From Nitrospirales bacterium (GTDB lineage Bacteria; Nitrospirota; Nitrospiria; Nitrospirales; UBA8639), in assembly GCA_965203295.1 (NCBI GenBank), contig CBDBCZ010000018.1, positions 32,001 to 96,000 of the forward strand: DNA of 64,000 nucleotides. Reading direction: 5' to 3'. This document shows, in pieces, positions 11,703 to 24,770 of the stretch. The notes under the pieces are model-generated. The model was not told where the DNA came from. It did no database searches and worked only from the letters and a program-made list of their open reading frames with translations. The stretch's first letter is position 1. Every line of letters begins with the position of its first letter. The position numbers and the translations under genes were made by a program.

Positions 11703-13464
11703 ATAGTGTCACGGAGAACATCTCCCAATTCGTCGACATCTGGCTACAGCCTATAATGAAGTCGTTGCCGTCCTTCATTAAGGACACTACCGACTTCATT
11801 AACCTTATTGAATCTACGCCAATAAGCGGAGAATGCCTAATGGCCACCATCGACGTCTCATCGCTATATACCAATATACCCCATAGCGAAGGTAGAAAAG
11901 CGGCAATCACAGCTCTCAACAAAATTGAAAACCCAGACCCCCGCCAACCTCCCCCTACCATAATAGGGCTACTCATAGATGTTGTACTACAGAACAATGT
12001 CTTTGAGTTCAATGACAACCACTATTTGCAGCTACAAGGCACAGCTATGGGAACCAAAATGGCCCCAGCCTATGCCAACATTTTTATGGGCAACCTAGAA
12101 GAGCAACTCCTCTCCAAAGGGAGTGACAAAATCCTACTATGGAAACGATTCATAGACGATATTTTCGTCATATGGAACGGCTCAGAAGCCGAGTTCAAAT
12201 CATACATGGAAACCATAAATGCTCTCCATTCAACTATCAAGTTTACACATGAATGTAGTGCACATGAGATTACCTTCCTGGATGTCACACTGTATAAAGG
12301 CTCCAGATTCCTATAGAATGGAATACTGGATGTTAAAACACACATCAAACCGACAAATAAACTACTCTATGTACACCGTACATCCTACCACCCACCTAAA
12401 ACAGGAAAGTTCATTATGTTAGGTGAAGCTAACAGGTACCTACGCACAAACTCAAATGAGCAAAACTTCCAGGAGAGCTTAGAGCGACTCTCGTCTAAAC
12501 TCAAACAGAGAGGGTATAACCCATCCGAAATCGCAAAGCATGTCTCGTCTGTTAAATTCTCAGACAGACCAGACAAGCTGAGGAGTAACACCCCCATACA
12601 AATGGATCCTCCACTAGTATTCGCCACAACATATTGTGACCGAATACCTGACATACAGCTCACTCTCAAAGACAATTGGAGAGAATTACAGAGTACACAC
12701 AGGCTCGAAAGGATATTTCCTAACCCACCAATGATTGCCTTCAAGAAGAACCAATCCTTGAGCAACATTCTAGTCCAAGCCAAAATATCGCACCACAACG
12801 ATAATTCGATAACCACCGGCCCCCGTACACGAGGCTCGGCCCAACCAGTCCATACCCAGTTGAAAACCATCATAAACAGTGACTATCACTATACAGGCAG
12901 AAAGCCTCCCACATTCAAAGAACTGAGCACATTCCCGTTCAAGTTGTTTCAAAAAACAAAATCGGTGAAGCCATGTTGTAAAAAACAATGCAACATGTGC
13001 AAGAGGCTAAACCACGGTAGCAACTTTGTTAAGAGTAAAGTCACGGGCAGATGCTTCCCTATTCAAACAATTGGAAACGCCCTGACCTGCCAAAGCACCA
13101 AAGTTGTATACCTTATTCAATGTCGGCAATGCACTAAGCAATATGTAGGACAAACAACAAAGCCCCTACATATCCGACTCAACAAACATCTGCATAATAT
13201 CCGAGGACAAAAGTCCTCTAGAAGCAAACTCTGGTGGCATTTTAATAAGGATCACTCAATTGAGGACATCCAGATTATTCCGCTCCAGCAAGTAGATGAG
13301 CTACTCTCGCTACCTGCAGCGGAACTAAAACTGCAACAACTAGAAACCCTATGGATAAAGAGGCTAGCTACCATGCATCCCAAAGGGATGAACTACGTCC
13401 TACAGGACTTCGAAAAGAGAACATAATTCTCATCTGGATGTGGCTGCTTAGATGAGTGAGACGC

Positions 13465-13790
13465 CCCCCACTCCTGAACCCTTTCTCTAACCCACCGTCC
13501 CTGAATCCACCATCCCAGAACCCATCATGGCCCAGCCTTCCATCTCTGAACCTACCATCTCAGAACCCACTGTGCCTCAGCCCACCGTCCCTCAATCCAT
13601 CATCCCAGAACCCAACATGCCTCAGCCCACCGTCCCAGAATCCACCATCCCAGAATCCATCGTGGCCCAGCCTACCATCTCTGAACCTACCACCTCAGAA
13701 CCCACTGTGCCTCAGCCCACCGTCCCTGAACCCATCATCCCAAAACCAACCGTGCTGCAGCCCACTGTTCCTCATTCCACCGTCCCTGGC
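13465..13790 (+). repeat. 15-bp minisatellite encoding Pro-rich pentapeptides (PTVPE/PTVPQ)
   Basis: cccaccgtccctgaa-like units; ORF 13527..13943. Confidence 0.85.
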
Positions 13791-16700
13791 AGCTCGGAAA
13801 CGGTCAGCATTCCGGCCTCACTGGTAAAGAGTTTCTTTATCACCGAGGCCACCGCTGTGGGAGATTATTCCTCCGGTAGCAGTGGTGGCAGTGAGAGTGA
13901 TGAAGACTATGAAACTGAGACCTTCAGTAAGTTAACAGGCTGAAGTTGTTTGAACTGCATATTTCTCTAGAGGCATACTTCAGCACTGCTCATTTCCAGG
14001 TGATGTGGAAATCCCCACCAAGTTGGCCACTTGCCACCACTGCCACGAAAAGTTTCCACGCAGCATTGTGAGACAGCATAGTTTCTTTTGCAGAGAGCGT
14101 GATCAAGATTAGCAAGTAGCTAGATGGTAAGATATCAATAACTGTAGTTCTTTTTCTTGAAGTTTCTCCGGATGTGGACCTCACGAAGGATGTCTGGTCA
14201 CGGGAAGAAATGGGGGTAAATCCATTATACACAATTCTTTCAGTGGTCAGTGATTACCGGCCCTTTCCTCTTGTTAGCCAATGGATCCCTTTGACCCCAT
14301 TGAAGTTTCGAGTAACAGCTCTATGGAGATCACTAAGGTAAGCACAGTGTACACTATATTGATAATCAATGACCACTGCCATTTACAATACCAACAGGCA
14401 ACAGAGCGCACTTGTGTCGTGGACGATGGGAATAATAGTGATGTCGTTGCAACACAATTGTGTCCAATATGCAACCAGTTTTATCCATTTGTTGACCTAC
14501 ATAGCCACTTTGAGACCTGTGCTCGCCATGGAGGTAGGAAACAACCAGTCCTGCTGGTGCACTTTTAATGAGGCTCTCTTTCTCATTAGGGGAATCTTCC
14601 ACACCAGACATCGAAAATGTACGCTGCATACCCTACATTACTTGAATTTCAGTTATGATTACAAATTCTTATGCAGCTGCCTAGCAATAGCAGTGGGACA
14701 CGTTTTGAGGCTCCCCCTTACAGGGGTCGCCGCCTCGCACCTTCCTCTGATGAAGACGATGAAGTTCCAAAGGTACAAGGAAATGCCACTAAACTATCTC
14801 CATTCCATCTTATGAAAACTTTCTTAGGTTCATCTAAAGAAAACTGTGTTAGAGCTAGTGTTAGGGTGATGCTGTGAGGGACAGACCCAGAATGCAGTTC
14901 CAAGGACCATGTGCCTCAATTCTCAGGGTTGGTAGTTGTGTCCCTCAGGGACACACCCGGAAACAATCCAGGAACAACTCCTGCTGTTGCTGTTTTAGCA
15001 TTGTAACACACTATAGAACTCGTATAACCTCCATTTGTTCAAGGAAAATACGGCAAATGATGGTGGTTTCCTTACATAGACAGCCAACGCTTAGTAAACT
15101 ATAGCTGACTAATGTTTGTAATACATCTCTACCAACGGTACCAGAGTTCTTTGTAGACCAGGAAAGTATAATTGTGTAACAAACATTTACACATAAAGGC
15201 AACATAGGGCAACAACTAATGAAATTAAACAGAACAAGGCGTATGCACTAAGAAAATACCATCTGCTTTGTTTGCTACAGCAACCTTGTAGCAGTCGGGG
15301 GACGAGACTGGAGCTCCCACCACAGAGGGGACACCTGCTACCATTCTCCGATGATTCAGAGGATGAGAGGCAGCAGCAGGTAATTATGCAATTACACCTT
15401 GCATCAAAGGGACAATAATTAAGTAAAATTTTATTACTATTAAAATTGAGCAGAACAAGGTGTATGCATTGAGAACTACCATTCACTTAATTACAGCAAC
15501 CCAGTAGCAGCCGGGGAACAAGGCTGGAGCTCCCACCACAGAGGGGACGCCTGCTACCATTCTCCGATGATTCGGAAGATGAATTCCGGCCACAGGTTGC
15601 AAAGGTAGAGTTAAGCCAGGTGACCATTCTAAACTTTGCATTGGCAACTTAGCAACTGCATGTCTACCACCAAGGTGAAGCGGGCAAGACTTCAACTCAG
15701 CTCCTCAGACAGTGATCTCGATCAACAGAGGAAGACCTCAAGAAAGGTGTGCCTAGTAGACAGTTCATACACTTTACATTGACTACTAAGCAATTGTATA
15801 TCACCAAGGCGAAGCGAACCAGAGATCATGGCTCCTCTGCTGAGAGCGACCTGAAGAATGCAAGGCAGAGCAAGACCTCAAGAAAGGTGTGTCTATGACA
15901 AACCCACAAAATGTGTTTATGTACAATTAATTAGAAACATGTTCCAAGATATATTAGATATAGAAAGTAGGACTACAGACTGGCATACATTTCCGTAATG
16001 CCTGGTAGGACGTTACTCGCTCCTTTGGTATCACTGTAGGTCCCTGCCTCCAGGTCATCCGGAAAGAAAAAAAGGGACACAAGGAAGTATCACCTCTGTC
16101 CCCTCTGTAAGTGCAGCTTGAAGAAACTGAGCCAGCATCTCACGACTGTGCACAGGGTGGTGGAGGATACCGAAAGAGACGAAATGTGCAAGAATGCACC
16201 TGTTGTACCACCGGGCTTTCAAAGCCAGACTCCACAACAGAGTGCCATCACAAGGTTTTTTGACGTGTCAAATGAAAGCACTGACCTGACTGCCCCATCA
16301 CCGCCAGGTAAGTTGTTGACAATCATTAGGGAGACAGCTTGTTTTTAGAATCAGTACGTGTCATTAACTCATTGCACGCCGACGTTACGTAATACGCGTG
16401 ATCCCCCCACGCCACGGTTTTTGAACGAAAATGGCGTATTGAAATGCGGTTGCCGAGTTTCGTCTTGATTTCGCTCAACACATGAGCAATCGTCCGAATG
16501 CGTGTTGTAAATGGTGAAAAAACTTACTGGAGCTGCCTTTCAAGGAGAAAAGGAGCCTGGATCACGACGATGCGAGCTGTTGTGGACGGATTCTTTCATG
16601 CATGGTGAGTTCAATATGGCGTATGTAAAGCGGGTAGAAATATCTTGGTCGTTGACGCTAGTTTGTTTTTAGTAGTCATTGTAAGTAACTTAAATTTGTT

Positions 16701-16947
16701 TGTGAAGGCCTGAATAGGGATAAAAAACTAACTGCTAGTCTTGTAGGTCAACTGATCACTCGGTACAACAGTAGGAACGAGAGTTGACTGTTGGGGTCCA
16801 TTGTGAGTTGGGTATGGTAGAGTAGCGGCAATAGTCATGGTAGAAATGAGACACAAAAGTTTGATAAGAGTGTGAGATGAAGGATAAAGGTATAGCTGTA
16901 ACAAACAAGCAAGAAACATTAACTCTAAAGAATATACAAGGGTAAAA

Positions 16948-19360
16948 TTACAGTTTATAGTTGAATAGTGTGTGGTATCGCTCAAAACAAGTGTCTGGGT
17001 GCAGTGATGGTGTATTGGTGCATGACTTACAAAAATATAAAGTTCTACGTCTCGTGCCCTCTGCCCGTAGGCTGCAAACAACACAGTCCAGGGGATGGTC
17101 CCGTTTGCCAAGGACGTGGAGATGCCCGTTCATCCGGTCTGGACGAGCTTCCAGTCGAGGCCTCTTTCTTGGGCGACCACCGAGTGGACGAGGAGGTGCA
17201 GCACAGATACAACGACTGGCGAGTATCTCCAGTACTTCTCTACGGTAGGTTAGGTGGGAACGGGGCCGGTCTCCTGCTGCTGTAACACTCTGCTGGTAGA
17301 GTACATAGCTGTTCACAACAGTTGCCTCCATCAGCCAGAAAAACACTTTGCGCCACCACTTCCGTGTTTTCCGCTGGAAGGAGTAGTACACGGAGTGTTG
17401 GTCTGCAATATCTACTCCGTTCATATTGTGGTTGTAAGAATCAACCACAGTCGGCTTCTGGGTGGGAGCATTGTACGTGCGTTGGGACTGCACTGTGACC
17501 ATTGCTGCCGACGACTCACTGCTCAGCATGAAGACTGGCTTGTTCCTCTTCTCTGCCTGCCATGCCAATGCCAGCAGTTGGGGTGTACGGTACGCCATCA
17601 CCTCTCCACCCTTGAGGCGACTGAGCAGGCGAAGGTCATCCGGAAGATCTACCCGGTTCTTGTTCGAGGTACCAGTGAAGGCAGTGTTGTGCTCACCAAG
17701 CGCCTGGGCCAGTGGGACACTGGTGTAGTACCTGTCGGTGAACACGCGCCGTCCACTGTCCAAGTATGGGTTGACGAGGTACATCACTACCTGGGCCGGC
17801 TGTGGGAGATGTGCGAACTCACTCCCAGCTCCTTGAAGTGTCTCTTGGCAAGTGTAGAGCAGGATATTCAGAAGATACCCGTTGGAGCTATCCGCCATGG
17901 TGAAGGCTTTCACTCCCCACTCGACTGGCTTCTTGGGCATGTACTGCTTGGCAGCGAAACGACCTCGAAAGCCAATCATGGTCTCGTCAACGGCGATGTT
18001 ACGGCCTGGACAGTAGCTCGCTTGAAATTTGGGGATCAAATGCTCCAGCACAAGCCTCACCTTGTCGATCTTGCGGACTGGCTGATTCGGCTCACTGTGG
18101 CTGACGTGGAGCATCCAGAAGATCTCCTCAAAACGGTTGCGGGAGAGTACTTGCCCAAAAAAGGGGATCTCACAGATCCAGGAGGTCTTCCAATAATCCT
18201 CAAGTTCGGGCAGGTGAATGAGGCCCATGTTGAGGATGATGGCGAGGAAGCCGTGCAGGTCCGAGATGGTGACTGGTTTCCACTTCGCAAATCTCGATTG
18301 TGGCGTCAACTTGCCTTCGTCCTCAAGCTTGCGAACTCGCTCTGCTGCATACCTGTGTAATATTGATTGTCTTAATACCTAATACATGCTTGCATGATCA
18401 TGCACACACTACATGCAACCAGTATCTATTATTTACCTGTTTGTTTCATCCATTACTACTGCCACCACCACGACCTCCACGGACAGCACTAGTGCCACGC
18501 CCACGGCCTCCACGGGTGCCACGACCACGGAGGCCTCCACGGGTACCACGAGATCCTCGACTACTGGTCCCACGAACTCCAAGGCCTCCACGGGTACCAC
18601 GAGATCCACGACCACCGGTCCCACGAGCTCCGAGACTTCCACCGGTACTACCGCGAGCTCCGAGGCCTCCACTGGTACTACCGCGAGCTCCGAGGCCTCC
18701 ACCAGTACTACCGCGAGCTCCGAGGCCTCCACTGGTACTACCGCGAGCTCCGAGGCCTCTAGGACTACTGCGAGCTCCGAGACTTCCACCGGTACTACCG
18801 CGAGCTCCGAGGCCTCCACCGGTACTACCGCGAGCTCCGAGGCCTCCACCGGTACTACCGCGAGCTCCGAGGCCTCCAGGACTCCCACCAGCTCCGAGGC
18901 CTCCACCGGTACTACCGCGAGCTCCGAGGCCTCCAGGACTCCCACCAGCTTCGAGGCCTCCAGGACTCCCACCAGCTCCGAGGCCTCCAGGATTCCCACG
19001 AGATCCGAGGCCTCCACCGGTACTACTGCCTGCGTAGACAGCTGAATGGAGAAAATGTTTTTTCTTATTTTAGGCCCTCAAGCATGCACATTTTTATTTT
19101 TTACCGTTGTCTGGATTACTCTCATCAGATTCTCTCTCAGATTCCCCCTCCCCCTCTTCCGATTCATCCCCACGCTCCCCTTCCCCTGCTTGTGACTCCT
19201 CTTCAGATTCCATCTCCTCTTCAAATTCATCCTCAGAGTCATCCAGAGTTGGCAGTGGAAAGTGGGGGTCCTCTGGGATATCAGATTCCTCTCCAGAGTC
19301 AAGATCTGCTGTGCTTTGCAAGATCATATCCAGCGCTTGAGCAGCAGTGTAGCTAGCCAT
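16948..19360 (-). CDS. piggyBac (PGBD4-like) transposase, multi-exon; catalytic exon 16948-18354
   Basis: VDETM, TDRYYTS and GVDIADQ (DDD triad); C-terminal Cys-rich CVVC..CKSC..H..C..YH; upstream acidic and repeat exons. Confidence 0.88.
18470..19030. repeat. GC-rich 24-30 bp minisatellite in the piggyBac N-terminal exon
   Basis: ggtactaccgcgagctccgaggcctccacc units; stop-poor in several frames; Arg/Gly-rich on the minus strand. Confidence 0.9.
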
Positions 19361-19632
19361 TTTCACCCGCATACAGCTGTAGGCAGCCTTTTATTTTAGC
19401 GCTTTTCTGCAATTCTCGATGTTGTTACATCATTATTAGTAATCGCTAATGTTGTTTAATGGCTTATGAAGGAAGGGGCTTCCCTTCCTGGCCGTACTAA
19501 CGAACTGATCGCACGCGATTCCAGAAGGGCCAATATATTGGCCCGTGGCGTGGAGCGGTGATTACGTAAGGGCCAATAAAGTGGCCCGTGGCGCGCAATG
19601 AGTTAAGGAAGCCAAAACAAAAGGACTGAATA

Positions 19633-20724
19633 GGACTGATAGTTCAGGTGACAGTTCTTACAAGCTGCCATCTCTGGTGCTTGGGAATGACTTCTGCAAA
19701 TGCAAATGTTTCATTGTTAATATTTAATTTGTTACAGACTCTCGCAATGAAAGGAGCATGGACCTGACTGCCCCATCACCTCCAGGTAATTTGTTGACGG
19801 TGATTAGGAAGACAGCTTGCTTTTAGAATTAGTATGCATTGTTAAGGAAGCCAAAACAAAAGGACTGAATAGGACTGATACTTCAAGTGACAGCCCTTAT
19901 AAGCTGCCATCTCTGGTGCTTGGGAACAGCTGCTGCAAATGTAAATGTTCATTGTTAATTTAATTTGTTGCAGACTCTCGCAGTGAAAGGAGTGTGGACC
20001 TGACTGCCCCACCACCTCGAAGTAAGTTGTTAACGATGATTAGGAAGATAGCTTGTTTTTAGAATCAGTATGTTTCATTGAGGGAACCAAAACAAAACGA
20101 CTGAATAGGACTAAAAGTTCAGGTGACAGTCCTCCATAATGTCTACTAGCTCTCAAACATTTGTTCATCTTACAAGCTGCCATCTCTAGTGCTCCGGAAC
20201 TGCTGCTGCAGATGCAAACATTTCATTCTGAATGCTTAATTTCTTTACAGCCGCTCGATATGACCCAGATATAGATCTGCTGGCTCAGTCCAGTGCAGAA
20301 AGACCAGAGGAGGATCATTCCAGCAATGCACGAGGGGAAGAAAAGGGTAAACCCTTCTTTCCCCACAGCCACCCCTTCCTGGTCAGCCTGCATGACTATC
20401 TCATCAGTCGGCATGGGCGGAGCCGCTCACACAGAGAGGCGAAACAAATTTGCAACGACGTCAGCCGGTACTTGTACTTTGCCTCCCCGGAGGCATTGAA
20501 GGAGAACCTTTTACTGGATAGCGTGAAACTCAATTCTTACTTACAGTCACTAGAGCAAACCGTCCAGCCATCTACCCAGAATGCTAAACTCAACCGAATT
20601 CAGCAGGGCATCCACTCCCTCAGCCTCGACCTCAACACTGCAAACCTCCCCAAAGTTCAGCGGGTGGAAAGACTTATTAAGAACTGGTCAGCTGTGCTGG
20701 CCAAGTCTGCCCGCGTCACCAATC
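19633..20724 (+). repeat. ~1.1 kb near-identical duplicate of 62581-63668, including ~240 bp intron/mini-exon repeats
   Basis: Runs from ggactgatagttcaggtgaca to gcccgcgtcaccaatc in both places, then the two diverge. Confidence 0.92.
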
Positions 20725-21129
20725 CCCCGCCCTTAAGACTATTCAGTGGATTTAATAGGTCTTACTTTGCCCTACATAACCCCATTATATTTTAGGGTAA
20801 CCCTACTTCCTTCTGCGATGCCCCAATGTGTCCCCCTTTTCTCCCTCGTTCACCATTACCTTTTTGAAGAGCAATTCCGCTTTTCTGCCTTCACTGAGTG
20901 CTTAGTAATGTTGTTAGCAATGTTGCATTATTGTTGCGTTCGTTGCCCCAGTTTTTCCAACCTTACCTTCATCAATTTGCTTTTGTGTCCCTTCAGTGTC
21001 CCTCTCTGAGGGAATTGCCCCACAGTTATTCATTCTTCAGGGACACTCTAGGGACACCGAAGGATGCTAAATGCTGATTTCATCCTTATAGGGTAGGATA
21101 ATCGTCCTCAGCATACGCAACCTTGTCAT

Positions 21130-24100
21130 AGTATCAATTCACACTTTTAGCACATCCTGTAAAAGTTGCTGAATCATTTAAGCTCACCCTCGGGCTATTA
21201 CAGCCCCAGGGACACACCAGGGACACACCATGATCGTTTCAGGGACACCAGAGCTCGTCTATGCACTTTTAACGTAGGGCAAGCATTGCTTTGGCCTGTA
21301 AAGCAGTTATATTGTGTTTTGAAGCCTGCAGGGTATTGTGTCAAAGTTACTGAATCCTTGAGGCTAACCCTGGGGCTATTTTAGCCCCAGGGACACACTA
21401 GGGCCACAACAGGGACGTTGCAGGGACACCAGAGCTCGTCTATGCCCTTTTAACGCAGGGCAAGCATTGATTTGGCCTGCAAAGCAGATATATTGTGTTT
21501 TGAAGCCCCCAGGGTAATATGTCAAAGTTACTGAATTTTTTTAGGCTAACCCTGGGGCTATTTAAGCCCCAGGGACACACTAGGGACACGCCAGGAACGT
21601 TGCAGGGACACCAGAGCTCGTCTATGCCATTTTAACGCAGGGCAAGCATTGCTTTGGCCTGCAAAGCACACATATAGTGTTTTAATATCCCCCCCGAGTA
21701 TTGTGTCAAAGTTACCGAGTCATTCAAGCTCACCCTGGGGCTATTTTAGCCCCAGGGACACACCAGGGACACACCATGGATGTTCCAGGGACACCAGAGC
21801 CCTTCTATGCCTTTTTAACGCAGGGCAAGCGTTGCTTTGGCGCACAAAGCGTATATATTGTGTTTTAATACCCCCTGGGTATTGTGTCAAAGTTACCGAA
21901 TCATTCAAGCTCACCTTGGGGCTATTTTAGTCCCAGGGACACACTAGGGACAGGCCGGGGACGTTGCAGGGACACTAGAGCTCGTCTATGCCATTTTAAT
22001 GCAGGGCAAGCGTTGCTTTGGCCTGCAAAGCACACATATAGTGTTTTAATATCCCCTGGGTATTGTGTCGAAGTTACTGAATCATTGAGGCTAACCCTGG
22101 GGCTATTTTAGCCCCAGGGACACAGCAGGGACATTTCAGGGACACCAGAACCCACCTATGCCCTATTAATGCAGGGCAAGCATTGCTTTGGCCTGCAAAG
22201 CACATATTTTTGTTTTAATACCCCCTCGGTATTGTGTCAAAGTTTCCAAATCATTCAAGCTCACCCTGGGGCTATTTTAGCCCCTGCGTCACACTAGGGA
22301 CACAGCAGGGACGTTCCAGAAACACGGGAGCTCGTCTATGCCCTTTTAACGTAGGGCAAGCGTTGCTTTGGACTGAAAGCATATATATTGTGTTTTAATA
22401 CCCCCCGGGTATTGTGTTGAAGTATTGGCATCATTCATGCTTACCCTAGGGCTATTTTAGCCCCAGGGACACACCAGGGACACACCATATATGTTCCAGG
22501 GACACCAAAGCCTTCTATGCCTTTTTAACGCAGGGCAAGCATTGCTTTGGCCTGCAAAGCGTATATATTGTGTTTTAATACCCCCTGGGTATTGTGTCAA
22601 AGTTACCGAATCATTCAAGCTCACCCTGGGGCTATTTTAGCCCCAGGGACACACTAGGGACACGCCAGGGACGTTGCAGGGACACCAGAGCTCGTCTATG
22701 CCATTTTAACGCTGGGCAAGCATTGCTTTGGCCTGCAAAGCACACATATAGTGTTTTAATATCCCCTGGGTATTGTGTCGAAGTTACTGAATTGTTGAGG
22801 CTAACCCTGTGGCTATTTTAGCCCAGGGACACACCAGGGACACAGCAAGGGCGTTCCAGGGACACCAGAGCTCGTCTATGCCCTTTTAACGTAGGGCAAG
22901 CATTGCTTTGGTCTGCAAAGCATAATATATATTGTGTTTTAATACCCCCTGGGTATTGTGTCAAAGTTACCGAATCATTCAAGCTCACCCTGGGGCTATT
23001 TTAGCCCCAGGGACACACTAGGGACACGCCAGGGACGTTGCAGGGACACCAGAGCTCGTCTATGCCATTTTAACGCTGGGCAAGCATTGCTTTGGCCTGC
23101 AAAGCACACATATAGTGTTTTAATATCCCCTGGGTATTGTGTCGAAGTTACTGAATTGTTGAGGCTAACCCTGTGGCTATTTTAGCCCAGGGACACACCA
23201 GGGACACAGCAAGGGCGTTCCAGGGACACCGGAGCTCGTCTATGCCCTTTTAACGTAGGGCAAGCATTGCTTTGGTCTGCAAAGCATAATATATATTGTG
23301 TTTTAATACCCCCTGGGTATTGTGTCAAAGTTATCGAATCATTCAAGCTCACCCTGGGGCTATTTTAGCCCCAGGGACAAAAATAGCCCCAGGGTCACAC
23401 TAGGGACACAGCAGGGATGTTCCAGGGACACAGGAGCGCGTCTATGCCCTTTTAACGCAGGGCAAGCGTTGCTTTGGGCTGCAAAGCATATATATTGTGT
23501 TTTAATACCCCCCGGGTATTGTGTCGAAGTATTGGAATCATTCATGCTTACCCTAGGGCTATTTTAGCCCCAGGGACACACCAGGGACACACCATGGATG
23601 TTCCAGGGACACCAGAGCCCTTCTATGCCTTTTTAACGCAAGGCAAACGTTGCTTTGCCTGCAAAGCATATATATTGTGTTTTGAAGCCCCCTGGGTACT
23701 GTATCAAAGATACTGACTCATTCATGCTATTTTAACCCCAGAGACACACAAGGAACGTTCCAGGGTCTCCAGAGCTTGTCTATGCCCTTTTAATGCTGAG
23801 CAAGCGTTGCTTTTGCCTGCAAAGCTCATATATTGTGTTTTGAAGCCCCTGAGTATTGTGTCGCAGTTACTGAATCCCTAATGCTTACCCTGAGGCTATT
23901 TTAGCCCCAGGGACACACCAGGGACGTTTCAAGGACACCAGTGCCCGTTAACCCCTTTAATACAGGACAAGAGTTGGTTTTTCCTCCCAAGCTGTTATAT
24001 TGTGTTTTGATGCCCCCTGGGCATTGTGTCAAAGTGACTGAATCACTCATGCTTATCTAGGGGCTGTTATATCAAAAGAGACACACCAGGGACACACCAG

Positions 24101-24770
24101 GGACATTTCAGGGACACCAGAGCCCACCTAGGCCCTTTTAACGCAGGGCAAGCGTTGCTTTGGCCGGCGAAGCTGATATTGTGTTATGAAGCTCCCTTCC
24201 CTGACCCTTACCCTGGGGCTATTATAGCTACATGGACACACCAGGGACTCACCGGAAATGTTTCAGAAACACCAGAACCCTTATATACACTTTTAATGCA
24301 GGGCATGCATTGCTTTGGCCTGCAAAACTGATATATTGTGTTTTGATGCCCCTGGGTAGTGTGTAAAAGTTCATGCTTTCTCTGGGAGAATTATAGCCCC
24401 TGAGACACAGCAGGTACACAGTAGGTACACACTAAGGATGTTTCAGGGATACCAAAGCCCTTGTATGCTCTTTCAATGCAGGAAAGCATTGCTTTGGTTT
24501 GAAAAGTGGACATATTATGTTTTGATGCCCCCTGGGTATTGAGTCAAATTTACTGAATCATTCACGCTTACCCTAGGGCTATTATAGTCCCAAGGACACA
24601 CCAGGGACACACTAGGGACGTTTCAGAGACTCCAGAGCCCGTCTATGCTCTTTTAATGCAGGGCCAGTGTTGCTTTACCTAAAAAGCAGATATATTTTGT
24701 TTTGAGGCACTTGAGGTGTAGTGTCAGCTTAATGAATTCTACAAGCTTATTCTGGGGCTATTACTGGTTG
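21130..24770. repeat. ~181 bp satellite, about 20 copies, degenerate at the edges, with a local 364 bp higher-order dimer
   Basis: Unit gggacac..cagggacaccagagctcgtctatgcc..gcagggcaagcattgctttggcctgcaaagc..ccctggggctattttagccccag; identical 75-aa shadow ORFs at 22594 and 22958. Confidence 0.95.

Larger units (their letters stand above)
8715..13426 (+). pseudogene. Penelope-like reverse transcriptase-GIY-YIG endonuclease; in-frame stops at ~9362 and ~12314 plus LTR insertion
   Basis: KGLSFIP, KADKG, KIHK, DVSSLYTNIP, GTAMGTKMAP, RFIDDIF, Cys linker CCKKQCNMC, VVYLIQC..C..YVGQT..RLNKH..LETLWIKRL..PKGMN. Confidence 0.9.
7622..13430 (+). mobile_element. Penelope-like retroelement (RT + GIY-YIG) with upstream ORF, interrupted by an LTR element; boundaries approximate
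   Basis: See component ORFs; the reading frame is continuous across the 9388-11702 insertion (PIVSSVN|SVTENISQF). Confidence 0.85.
16368..19602 (-). mobile_element. piggyBac DNA transposon (3235 bp)
   Basis: TTAA at 16364-16367 and 19603-19606; TIR ctcattgcacgcc / ggcgcgcaatgag (12 of 13 match); the flanks rejoin into one unit of the ~240 bp intronic repeat. Confidence 0.92.
13460..20724 (+). pseudogene. Second intron-rich tyrosine-recombinase-family gene (Pro-rich, UBZ-like and C2H2 exons, N-terminal recombinase region), interrupted by piggyBac and truncated at ~20724
   Basis: CPICNQF..HFETC at ~14460; CPLCKC..LSQHLTTVH at ~16096; ORF 20232..20795 (HPFLVSLHDYLISRHG..DVSRYLYF) aligns with 58441..59061 and 4911..5537. 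Exon linkage is inferred. Confidence 0.55.

Noticed and set aside
13425..13925. Hammerhead ribozyme / pseudo-LTR of the Penelope-like element
   Set aside because: Only a short hairpin (ctcatct..agatgag) and a non-canonical gtgatga..gaaa were seen; no complete core or terminal repeat could be established by eye.
17254..18360. 368-aa plus-strand ORF
   Set aside because: Antisense shadow of the piggyBac transposase; no motifs.
18300..19045. ORFs 18300..19037 and 18413..19045 as mucin/extensin-like genes
   Set aside because: Shadow frames of a stop-poor minisatellite inside the piggyBac.
21130..24770. CRISPR array
   Set aside because: Whole units repeat with no unique spacers, there are no cas genes and the context is eukaryotic.
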